A DNA stretch of 64,000 nt from Parcubacteria group bacterium GW2011_GWC1_36_108. GTDB lineage: Bacteria; Patescibacteriota; Minisyncoccia; Moranbacterales; GWC2-37-73. Shown one piece after another: positions 10,863 through 19,422 of the stretch. Both the position numbers and the translations under genes were made by a program. The DNA lies in the NCBI GenBank assembly GCA_000991245.1, contig LBRD01000001.1:69467-133466 (forward strand), given 5' to 3'. The number at the start of each line of letters is the position of its first letter. Positions within the stretch are counted from its first letter, which is position 1. The notes beneath the pieces are model-generated. The model had not been told where the DNA came from. It ran no database searches and saw nothing but the letters and a program-made list of their open reading frames with translations.

Positions 10863-11261
10863 CTCCTTTGCAGATGAATTAATAATTCTCTTAGGAATTA
10901 AATGTCTTTGATGAAAATTTACGATAATACCTAATTTTAAATTTGCTGCTTTTAAATATCTTTGCGTTTGATTATATTCATCCCTACCTACGAATCTTTT
11001 TGCTTTAACCTCAACAACAATTTTATCCTCTATCAAGAAATCCACCCTATTACTATTATTTCGCATCAAATCATTACCGCTATCTATGCAACATTCTCTT
11101 TTATAATTTATTTGTTTCATTTTCAGTAGTTCTTCAATTGCATCACAATATTGCACTTCCTTACAATAAAAACCAAGTTCATTGTGAGTATCGAAAAATA
11201 TTCCATTGAGTGTATAGGATATTTCAGGATAAATAATATTTTCTAGATTTTTAGTCATCAC
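10860..11261 (-). CDS. PD-(D/E)XK nuclease-superfamily protein, GxxExxY-like
   Basis: 133 aa; N-terminal LGFYCKEVQY (G-x4-E-x2-Y, one residue longer than GxxExxY) and D-x-(E/D)-x-K core DFLIEDKIVVEVKA. Flanked by the two complementary half-arrays of family R. Confidence 0.5.
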   Translation of the reverse strand: MMTKNLENIIYPEISYTLNGIFFDTHNELGFYCKEVQYCDAIEELLKMKQINYKRECCIDSGNDLMRNNSNRVDFLIEDKIVVEVKAKRFVGRDEYNQTQRYLKAANLKLGIIVNFHQRHLIPKRIINSSAKE

Positions 11262-11306
11262 ATTTGCATATTTGCATCATTTGCATTAATTCGCACATTC
11301 GTATCA
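11262..11306. repeat. Half-array of reverse units atttgcat/attcgcac/attcgtat (right arm)
   Basis: catttgcatatttgcatcatttgcattaattcgcacattcgtatc, the reverse-complement unit type of the array at 10800-10862. Confidence 0.65.
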
Positions 11307-11618
11307 CTTATTAGCAGCCATCATTTCACCTCTAAATTCTTCAATAATCCCCTGCACCATTTCATCATAATCATTAATTCTTTCTTTGAAAAATTCTTCT
11401 ACTTGCTCTGGTGCAACTTCACCTTCTGACATTTTTTCATATTCTTCGCGTCCTTCTTCGCCAAGTTTATCCATTGTTTCCAAAAAAATTCTCTTCAGCA
11501 AAACTTCCGTCATCTTAATGATGAGTTCATTTTGTTTGTCTTGAGAAAGCGTGTCGATTCCCAAATCCTTAATCAATTGACTCAATGCCTCTGCTTGCGC
11601 AGTGTTATGTTCTTCCAT
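11304..11618 (-). CDS. Hypothetical small acidic coiled-coil protein
   Basis: 104 aa ORF. Confidence 0.45.
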   Translation of the reverse strand: MEEHNTAQAEALSQLIKDLGIDTLSQDKQNELIIKMTEVLLKRIFLETMDKLGEEGREEYEKMSEGEVAPEQVEEFFKERINDYDEMVQGIIEEFRGEMMAANK

Positions 11619-11680
11619 ATTTTTTACCCCGTGAAATTATGGTACTCCATACTATTTAACTGGGGTTTTTAGTTTAATTT

Positions 11681-13873
11681 TTATTCAATATTTATACCTA
11701 AACGTTTCTTTATAGTAACCTCTTTTACACGGTAAAGCCATTTTCCAAGAGTAGCATTGCTATTAGGAAAATTATTAGTACCTCTAAATTCTTCTTTATA
11801 TTTTTTTATAATATCTTTCATAATTGGACGCAATTTATCGTCAGCATAAGCAGAACTATAATCCAAATCTTTGATATCAACCCATTTATATCCGGTAGTT
11901 TTATATATATTATCCGTAGCCAACTTTATATCCTTAAAGCAAGTGTCTTTTGCCTTAGTCAATTCTTCAACAGTCAAAGCTGCAGATTTGCGCGCCTCAT
12001 CAGCATGACCCATATCCTCATATTGAGATATTGATGGTCCATCTCCTCCAGCAGGATGATCAGTTGCGTCATTGGCCGCTTGAATATATTCAGCATTGGC
12101 GCTTTTAAACATTTCTTGCGCTGTTGAAAGATGTTGCTGATTTTCTGCAGCGTGCCCTAAAGCATCAGCATTTCCTACTACTGCAGCCACTGATGGCTTT
12201 GGAATACTAATTGGCTTCACACTATCGCCAGCTCCTTGCCCATTTTCAACACCGCCACCACCAACAGAATGATGCCCATCCAGATGTGAGATTTTCCCGT
12301 CAATATTACTCAATTTCATCTCCAACGGATTATTTTCATTTATAAAAATATGCGTTCCAGGCTTAACATTAACCATTCCATCTTTCAGCATCTTGTGATA
12401 TTCATTGTCTCCAACTTTTTTAATTATCTCAGCTTTATTATCATGCATATAATCAAGCCACATGCGATGTGCTGCAACTCCTGGATTTTTTATTCCATGA
12501 ATTTTGAGATGATCGATCAATGTTTTTTCAATGCTTGAACCTTTTTCTATTGTTAAGGATTCAACCGCTTTATTTGAAGCATCAACAACAGCTTCAGCAG
12601 CTTTTTTTGCTTGCGCAGCAGCATCTTGAGCTGAAACTGGGGGTTTTCCACCATGTTCAGCCACATATTTCATATATTCTGGCGACCCTGGCTTTAAATC
12701 CACAGGAATACCTGTACTTGGAGGGGTTGGCCAATTATCTATAGATGGAGCAGTGCTAACCACGGGAGGTGCTGCAGTCATTTTTTCAAAAGCATGTGAC
12801 AAACCTTGAAGTCCTTGCACACCGATAATTGTTGCAACGCTTATTGCAAAAGCTTTATTCAAATAAGATCGCATCACATGCTTATTCACTTTCCTGTCCA
12901 CATCTGCAACTTTTTTATTCAAAATTCCTCTCAATTTTTCAAAATCAACTTCTCCACTTTCTTTAGAAATTTCTTTAAGATTTTTTTTATCCTCTTTTTT
13001 ATCAAGAATGCGGTCAGCAAATTGAGCCATTGCATCCAACTGCATCCCGCCAGCAGTTGCCATCATAAATGCTCCCCAAATTCTTTTTCCCGAAGAAAAT
13101 ACCCCGGCGCCAGCGTAAAAAGCACCAACAGCAAGACCAGTTTTAACTAAAAATGGAACTTTTTTATTATAAAATTCCGCAACCTGATCCATTTTTAAAG
13201 TCGTCTTGTCCCAAGTATTTTTAAGTTTTGATTTCCCCTCAGTTTCTTTTTTTTGAGCAGTTTTTACTGCGATTCTCTCATTATACAATTCCATAGCCGC
13301 CCCCGTATTATAATAAGTGAGCAATTTCTCGATTTCAACATTCAAAGCATCTCCTTTGAGCGTACCACTTTCGAGTTTGGCAATCTCGCCATTCATCTTT
13401 TCTTTACGTAATTTCTCATAAGCCATACGAGCTGCAGCAATATTTGGTGTTTCCGTTTTGTCTTCCTTTCCAATTGCTCGACTAAAATAACTTCGAACTT
13501 CTTTCAAGGCATTTCGTTCATTAAATTCAGTTTCAACATAATTTTTTCTTGCTTCCCTAAGAGCTCTTTCTTGAGGATCAACAGCTTCAGCCATATCTGT
13601 GGACTTTTTGAAGTTTTGCTCACCTTCAAAAGCGGAATCTTTTTTTTCCGTTCCTTTCTTGGAACTCTTTGCGGCAGACTCAAAATTTTTATCATCCCGA
13701 TCTTGCTGTCCTTTTATGATCTCTGTTTCAAGCAGCAGTTTATCCTTGTGTTTTTGTGTCCATTCGGCAATTCGCTTGTCTTCATTTTCAACTTCAACAT
13801 CAGCACTTATTTGTGCTGTGTGCTTGTTAAGCAAATCATTAAATATGGTTGCGTCCAATGTTCCTACCGCCAT
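11681..13873 (-). CDS. Large hypothetical protein with central TM helices
   Basis: 730 aa ORF; coiled-coil N-terminal part, hydrophobic segments (GLAVGAFYAGAGVF, AISVATIIGVQGL), Gly-rich stretch; no recognisable catalytic motif. Confidence 0.5.
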   Translation of the reverse strand: MAVGTLDATIFNDLLNKHTAQISADVEVENEDKRIAEWTQKHKDKLLLETEIIKGQQDRDDKNFESAAKSSKKGTEKKDSAFEGEQNFKKSTDMAEAVDPQERALREARKNYVETEFNERNALKEVRSYFSRAIGKEDKTETPNIAAARMAYEKLRKEKMNGEIAKLESGTLKGDALNVEIEKLLTYYNTGAAMELYNERIAVKTAQKKETEGKSKLKNTWDKTTLKMDQVAEFYNKKVPFLVKTGLAVGAFYAGAGVFSSGKRIWGAFMMATAGGMQLDAMAQFADRILDKKEDKKNLKEISKESGEVDFEKLRGILNKKVADVDRKVNKHVMRSYLNKAFAISVATIIGVQGLQGLSHAFEKMTAAPPVVSTAPSIDNWPTPPSTGIPVDLKPGSPEYMKYVAEHGGKPPVSAQDAAAQAKKAAEAVVDASNKAVESLTIEKGSSIEKTLIDHLKIHGIKNPGVAAHRMWLDYMHDNKAEIIKKVGDNEYHKMLKDGMVNVKPGTHIFINENNPLEMKLSNIDGKISHLDGHHSVGGGGVENGQGAGDSVKPISIPKPSVAAVVGNADALGHAAENQQHLSTAQEMFKSANAEYIQAANDATDHPAGGDGPSISQYEDMGHADEARKSAALTVEELTKAKDTCFKDIKLATDNIYKTTGYKWVDIKDLDYSSAYADDKLRPIMKDIIKKYKEEFRGTNNFPNSNATLGKWLYRVKEVTIKKRLGINIE

Positions 13874-13887
13874 TTTGTTTTGTAACT

Positions 13888-15630
13888 TTATTTTATTTGA
13901 CTCAAAATATACTCAGAAATCTTTTCTAGTTCCTCGCCTCTTTTTTTTGTGTGCCTGGCAATATCACGTTCAATAACATCCGGCAAAACACTTAGAACTA
14001 GCTTCTTTTTTTCATCTCCAACTATTCCCTTTTTCCCAACTACATTCATCATTTCATTATACAACATTTGATATCTTTCCACACTAAAAACAGAAAGTTC
14101 AACATTCAATTCTTTAAATAAATCTTCCGGTGTTTTTTCTTTTGGTTTTTCAATTGGTAATGCGTCCACATCCGAGACCAATGACAAGACCCCTAGCGCA
14201 TGAGAGCTTGGCGCCACCACAGCGATATTTGGGTCAGCAGTGCCAGCTGGTTTCACAACAAGAAGATTTTCATCAACATATTTAATAATTGCACTCTCCA
14301 TTGCTTTTCTTTGTTCCTTGGCAAGTATAATACCTTTAGAACCAGCCTGTTCTCGCTGATCAATGAAACTTGAGATTTTTGCTTGCAAATCTTGATCAAA
14401 ACTTTGCAACACATCATCTACAAGTTCTCTATTTTTAATATATTTTTCTTCATTGGTTAAGTTTTTAGACTTATCACTTTGAGCAATTGCACTTCCAATT
14501 TTATTATAAACATAAACCCTAACTGCCAGCCTATTTGCCTCCTTACTATTATTCTCCTTGAAAATTTCATCAACAGCGATATCCATTTTTTTCTTCTCAT
14601 CATCAAGTAGCAAAGAATCAACACCTTCATCTAAAACTATTCCTAAATTATTCTTATCCTCAAGAACATCTTTCAATATTTCAAAAGCCAAATAACGCAA
14701 ATCTGCATTTTTAACATTTTTCCCCCATAATAAATTTCCTGAAATATCATAAACTTCCTTTTCTTCAAACTTTTTTTGTAATTTTTCAATCACAACTCTA
14801 TTCAAAGACTCTCTAGCTTTCTTTACATCATCTTTATCAAAAGTTTTTGATTTTTTAGCATCAGGCATCGCATAGGTTTGATCACCAACAATTATGAATT
14901 TTTTTGGAGTCCTAGAATCATTAACCATTCTAGCTGCTGCAAAAATTTCAATCCATTTTTTCTTACCAACCAGGCCAAAAGGATCTTTTTTTGCATTTGG
15001 AAGATCTGCGGATTCTAACAGATACTCTCTTAAATCAAAGTCGAAATCCTTATCAACATCGCCAATCGTGATGCCAGGATTTTTAACATTAAAATCTAAC
15101 ATATCAACAAATTCTTCTGTAATACGAACAGAGGCTTTCCTAAATTGATCTTCCCAGCCCTTGTTTCTTGGTTCACTTAAAAAATCATCATTAGCTTTTT
15201 TTTCAAGCTTATTCTTTTCAATCTCTTCCAAAAAATTATCTAGTTCTTTTCTACAGTCATCTAACTCGATAGAAAGTTCGGGTGTTTTTTCATTATTTTC
15301 ATCGTGACGTTTAAATAGTTTTTCCCATTTATCACTAATTTTATTTAGCTTTACTTTGCCATCAACAATATGCTCTTTATATAATGTTTCATCATCAAAA
15401 ATTACATCTAAATCCAAAGAACCTAAAATAGCATCTATGTCATTAATTTTACTTTCCAACTTTTCCTCAAATTCATTTTTTAATACTTCATGATCCTTTA
15501 TAGATCCAGGCGTTACAGCATATTCACTACCATTAAAAACAATCCCGGATGCGTTTTTAAAGTCAGGAACTAATTTCCCTGGACCATTAATATTATTAAA
15601 TTGTATTTTGAAAGTTTTACCGCTTGGCAT
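13888..15630 (-). CDS. Hypothetical soluble protein
   Basis: 580 aa ORF, K/E/D-rich, no recognisable motif. Confidence 0.5.
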   Translation of the reverse strand: MPSGKTFKIQFNNINGPGKLVPDFKNASGIVFNGSEYAVTPGSIKDHEVLKNEFEEKLESKINDIDAILGSLDLDVIFDDETLYKEHIVDGKVKLNKISDKWEKLFKRHDENNEKTPELSIELDDCRKELDNFLEEIEKNKLEKKANDDFLSEPRNKGWEDQFRKASVRITEEFVDMLDFNVKNPGITIGDVDKDFDFDLREYLLESADLPNAKKDPFGLVGKKKWIEIFAAARMVNDSRTPKKFIIVGDQTYAMPDAKKSKTFDKDDVKKARESLNRVVIEKLQKKFEEKEVYDISGNLLWGKNVKNADLRYLAFEILKDVLEDKNNLGIVLDEGVDSLLLDDEKKKMDIAVDEIFKENNSKEANRLAVRVYVYNKIGSAIAQSDKSKNLTNEEKYIKNRELVDDVLQSFDQDLQAKISSFIDQREQAGSKGIILAKEQRKAMESAIIKYVDENLLVVKPAGTADPNIAVVAPSSHALGVLSLVSDVDALPIEKPKEKTPEDLFKELNVELSVFSVERYQMLYNEMMNVVGKKGIVGDEKKKLVLSVLPDVIERDIARHTKKRGEELEKISEYILSQIK

Positions 15631-15781
15631 ATTTTTTTAAATCACCCTAAATCATATTTACTCTAAAATTATATCACAAAATTCTTATTTTACCCATAGC
15701 AAATTTTATGAAAAAATTAAAAGACGCAGAGTGGAATTATCCATTCTGCGTCTTTCGTTGTGCTAACTTTTCAGTGTATTT

Positions 15782-16672
15782 TTATCCCTCCCTTTTTATT
15801 CTTAAAATTTCATCTTTGATAGCTTGAGGCATATCTTCTTTAGGATGTCGCTTTTGATATTCAGCAACATCTTTCAGGAATTTGTCATTAGCCTCAATTT
15901 TTTTATTCTTCTGAAACTCATCGATATCATTGACGAGCTTCGCAGTCGACGGTGGAATTATTTTTATTTTGTCCCCAACCAACTCATTAATATAAAAGCC
16001 AGCTTGCGGAAACAAAACAAATACTAACCCCACAGTATATGCAACAACTGCCACCTTAACCGTAAATCTCGACAACTTTTTAAATGATACGAGATTATCA
16101 ATTGCGATAATTGTCAGCAGCATTACAATTATGATAGCTGTCGTTTTACCACCCATTGTGTAATTCACATACAATGGCAGAATCAGAAACAGGGCGGTCT
16201 GGACTAAAAAGATATTTGAAATTACCGTAAGGTACTTTCGAATAAATGGGTTATCGAAGATTCCGGTCGATTCCGATGCTGCAGCCACTGCAGGTGTAGT
16301 TGTAGTTGTGGTTGTTGTTGTAGTTGGCGGTGTGACTGTTGCCACTACCGATGGTGTTGTCACTACTACCGTTGTTGCCGCTGCTACCGAGGTCATCGCA
16401 TTATTGATGATACCCATCATTGCCTGCAGTGACTCCAATATCTCCCCAGTTATGTGCATATTGATGAATCTTCGAACGGCGAAGAGTCTATATGCCGAAT
16501 AAAGCCACGGCGCCAATGTCCACCAAATCGAAACTTCGACAGATAGACTGAGCGCGACAATAGGAACAGCTCCTAACAATGTTGCACCCAGCACCGTAAT
16601 CAGAACCCAACGAAGCTGTTGAAGTTCTCCTTCGACCGCATTCCACAGTAATGCAAACATTCTCCAAATCAT
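15782..16672 (-). CDS. Polytopic membrane protein with a poly-Thr linker
   Basis: 296 aa; TPPTTTTTTTTTTPAVAAAS tract encoded by the gttgta/gttgtg simple repeat at 16290-16390; several TM helices. Confidence 0.5.
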   Translation of the reverse strand: MIWRMFALLWNAVEGELQQLRWVLITVLGATLLGAVPIVALSLSVEVSIWWTLAPWLYSAYRLFAVRRFINMHITGEILESLQAMMGIINNAMTSVAAATTVVVTTPSVVATVTPPTTTTTTTTTTPAVAAASESTGIFDNPFIRKYLTVISNIFLVQTALFLILPLYVNYTMGGKTTAIIIVMLLTIIAIDNLVSFKKLSRFTVKVAVVAYTVGLVFVLFPQAGFYINELVGDKIKIIPPSTAKLVNDIDEFQKNKKIEANDKFLKDVAEYQKRHPKEDMPQAIKDEILRIKREG

Positions 16673-16692
16673 GACTATCTCCTTTTCTGAAT

Positions 16693-17457
16693 TTAGTTTA
16701 TGAATATTTTTTTCCAGAGCGGACGAGTATTGAATGTATCATTTCTTGTTTTTATACCCTCTTCCCACTCTTCCAATTTCACATCGGCAGATTTATAAAG
16801 TTTTTTTGACGCTTCAGGTAGAGAAGTAAACATTACTCTTTTGCAATACTCCACAAATTTTTCAAAGTTTGTAGTGGTATCCTGCATAACGCCAAGTGCC
16901 ATAATTCGCATACAAACCTCGTCAACATTATTGCATTTAGCAAGATCTTCCAAAATTGTAATTCCTGGACGAACAGTCGCTGGCACAGCAGGAATTGCTG
17001 GCTTAGCAGGTATTGCAGGTTTTGCAGGAATTTCAGGCGAGGTTGCAGTGGCTGGAATAGCTGGTTTGGCAGGTACCGCAGGCACTGCGGGCACGGCCGG
17101 TACAGCAGGTTTACTGGGATGAGTGATGTCATTAAAAGTCACAAGAATACGAAAATTTCTCGCATAAGTTGTACTGTTAACTCTATCTTCATCCTCAACC
17201 TTTTTCATTGCCTCGCTAATCATATTCTTCTGGTCAGGTGTAGCATTGGCTTCGGATAAGTCCAAAGCGAAATAATTTTCATCTTCCCAACCTTTTGGAT
17301 CGATAAGACGTTTTTTTATTTCTTCTCCAACTTTTTTTCCAGCAATTTCGCCAACACCCAAAAAACCAATGATTCTACCAGCCCATTTCCAGGCTTGCTT
17401 CACTAAATTCAAAAACGCACCCTCTCCAACTGCTTCCATCATCCATTTTCCAAACAT
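16693..17457 (-). CDS. Secreted or envelope protein with PAxP tandem repeats
   Basis: 254 aa; (PAVPA/PAKPAI)n encoded by the gcagg(t/a)att repeat DNA at 16980-17110. Confidence 0.5.
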   Translation of the reverse strand: MFGKWMMEAVGEGAFLNLVKQAWKWAGRIIGFLGVGEIAGKKVGEEIKKRLIDPKGWEDENYFALDLSEANATPDQKNMISEAMKKVEDEDRVNSTTYARNFRILVTFNDITHPSKPAVPAVPAVPAVPAKPAIPATATSPEIPAKPAIPAKPAIPAVPATVRPGITILEDLAKCNNVDEVCMRIMALGVMQDTTTNFEKFVEYCKRVMFTSLPEASKKLYKSADVKLEEWEEGIKTRNDTFNTRPLWKKIFIN

Positions 17458-17613
17458 GATAAACCTCCCCTTTTCCTTTATTTAGTGTGTATTTATTATA
17501 TTGTCAAAGAGCCTATTTAAGGCCCTTTTTGGCCTTGCTATAGGACTATCCTATAACCATCTATCTTAGCACAAAAAAGACATTATGTCAAGCTCGCTGA
17601 AAGATGAAATTGG

Positions 17614-17622
17614 TGGTATAAT
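17614..17622 (+). promoter_or_regulatory. Extended -10 promoter element (TGGTATAAT) upstream of the GT-C gene
   Basis: tggtataat about 120 nt upstream of the 17744 start; a hairpin (tctgcc tac ggcaga) lies in the putative 5' UTR. Confidence 0.35.
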
Positions 17623-17743
17623 ACAGCTAATAAAGAAACAGGGGGGAATTCTATTGAGAATAAAAAACTAATTTCAATCACAAAAATACAACCCCAGTTA
17701 AATAGTCTGCCTACGGCAGAATTTAACGGGGCAAGAAACAAAA

Positions 17744-19306
17744 ATGCAAAACAAAAAAATCGTCTGGGGGCTGCTGCTGGCAATTTTGATTGCGGCTTTT
17801 GCACTGAGAGTGACTAATATCAAAAACATTCCAGCGGGAATATATCCTGATGAAGCGCAAAATGGAGTTGATGCGCAGCAGGCTAATGCGACTGGGGAAT
17901 ACAAAATCTTTTATGAAGGCAACCAGGGTCGCGAAGGATTGTTTATAAACCTGCAGGCACTTTCGATTAAGGCTTTTGGTCCGACTGAATTTGCGCTCAA
18001 ACTTTGGTCAATCATTTTTGGCACCCTGACAGTGCTGGGGGTCTTCTTGCTAACCAAAGAACTTTTCAAAAGTTATGCAGCTGCTCTGATTGGTGCATAT
18101 CTGACTGCATTTTCGTATTGGGCGATCAATTTTTCCCGCATCGGCTTTCGGGCTATTATGGTTCCGTTTCTTCTTTCTTTTTCTTTTTACTTTCTCTTTA
18201 AGGGTCTGCGCACGAAAAAGCTTCACGATTTTGTCATCGCAGGTTTGATTTATGGACTTGGTGTTCACACTTACATCGCCTTTCGCGTTTCCCCACTGAT
18301 ATTGGTAATGCTACTCATTTCACTAATCATAACTCGTAAAAACTTTTTATTAAACTATTGGAAACACACGCTTGTTTTCGCTTTTGCGATGCTAGTCACA
18401 GCCACTCCAATGCTGCTTGATTTTTTCGTTTATAACCCACAGCATTATGCGTCACGCACCAGCGCAATTTCTGTTTTCAATTCAGCCACCAATGGTGGAA
18501 ATCTTCCGCTGACAATCGCCAAGACATTCGGACTGAGTTTGCAAAAATATTTTGTAATGGGCGATCTCAATATGAGACACAATTATCCACCTTATCCACT
18601 GCTTAATCCCATTGTTGGCATTTCTTTTTTAATCGGATTTATATATATCATTGCTAAATTTTTGCAATTATTTTGGCTGCGAATATACAAGGGTGTTCGA
18701 GATGAAAAATTAGACGTTTATATCTTTCTTTTATCTTGGTTTTTCGCAATGCTTATTCCAGAATTTTTGGCCAACGAAGGAAATCCTCACGCACTGCGCT
18801 CTATTGGAACATTGCCGGTAGTGATAATGATTTCGATTCTTCCTTTTCTTTGGATATTAAAAAAATATAATCAATTTGGACACAGTTATAAAATTTTTAC
18901 CGTTTCCATTCTTGCAGGAGTTTTTGTTTTTATTGGGCTAGCTGATCCAATTAAATATTTTGTCTTTTTTGCCAACAGTCCAAAACAGCATCAAGTTTTT
19001 GAAGCCAACACAAGAGCAATCTCCGATTATATTCGAACTCTTCCCCAAAGCGAAAAGAAATATATTATTACAGGCGCTATGCCAAGATTGACAATCAATT
19101 ATCTCAACCCGACACTTCCAAACACTTTTTATATTTATCCTCACGAAATAAACAACATCAAAGTTGAAGGCAATGAAAAAATTGAAATAATATTCACAGG
19201 ATGGGATTGGAATTCAATAAACTCGCTCCGCGGAAGAATTCCAAATCTCACTTTTCAAGAACACAAAAACAAATTTGGGGATATATTTATAACACTAAGT
19301 AACTAA
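17744..19306 (+). CDS. GT-C fold glycosyltransferase, ArnT/PMT (GT39/GT83)-like
   Basis: 520 aa, about 11 TM helices, DE motif in first loop (YPDEAQNG). Confidence 0.6.
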   Translation: MQNKKIVWGLLLAILIAAFALRVTNIKNIPAGIYPDEAQNGVDAQQANATGEYKIFYEGNQGREGLFINLQALSIKAFGPTEFALKLWSIIFGTLTVLGVFLLTKELFKSYAAALIGAYLTAFSYWAINFSRIGFRAIMVPFLLSFSFYFLFKGLRTKKLHDFVIAGLIYGLGVHTYIAFRVSPLILVMLLISLIITRKNFLLNYWKHTLVFAFAMLVTATPMLLDFFVYNPQHYASRTSAISVFNSATNGGNLPLTIAKTFGLSLQKYFVMGDLNMRHNYPPYPLLNPIVGISFLIGFIYIIAKFLQLFWLRIYKGVRDEKLDVYIFLLSWFFAMLIPEFLANEGNPHALRSIGTLPVVIMISILPFLWILKKYNQFGHSYKIFTVSILAGVFVFIGLADPIKYFVFFANSPKQHQVFEANTRAISDYIRTLPQSEKKYIITGAMPRLTINYLNPTLPNTFYIYPHEINNIKVEGNEKIEIIFTGWDWNSINSLRGRIPNLTFQEHKNKFGDIFITLSN

Positions 19307-19420
19307 GCTTAACATAATACGAATTATGCGAATTTATGCGTATGGTGCGAATATGCGAATGACACGAATCATTTGCGTATTCGCGTATTAGCATGACATT
19401 CGCGTCATTAGTATAAATTT
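19307..19420. repeat. Palindromic octamer array, family R
   Basis: cgaattatgcgaatttatgcgtatggtgcgaatatgcgaatgacacgaat | catttgcgtattcgcgtattagcatgacattcgcgtcattagtat. Confidence 0.7.
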
Positions 19421-19422
19421 AT

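Noticed and set aside
16841-17122. Plus-strand 93-aa ORF (GIAG repeats) and minus-strand 99-aa ORF overlapping the PAxP-repeat gene
   Set aside because: These are mirror-frame artefacts of the in-CDS tandem DNA repeat; the long minus-strand 254-aa ORF with a signal-like N-terminus is the plausible gene.
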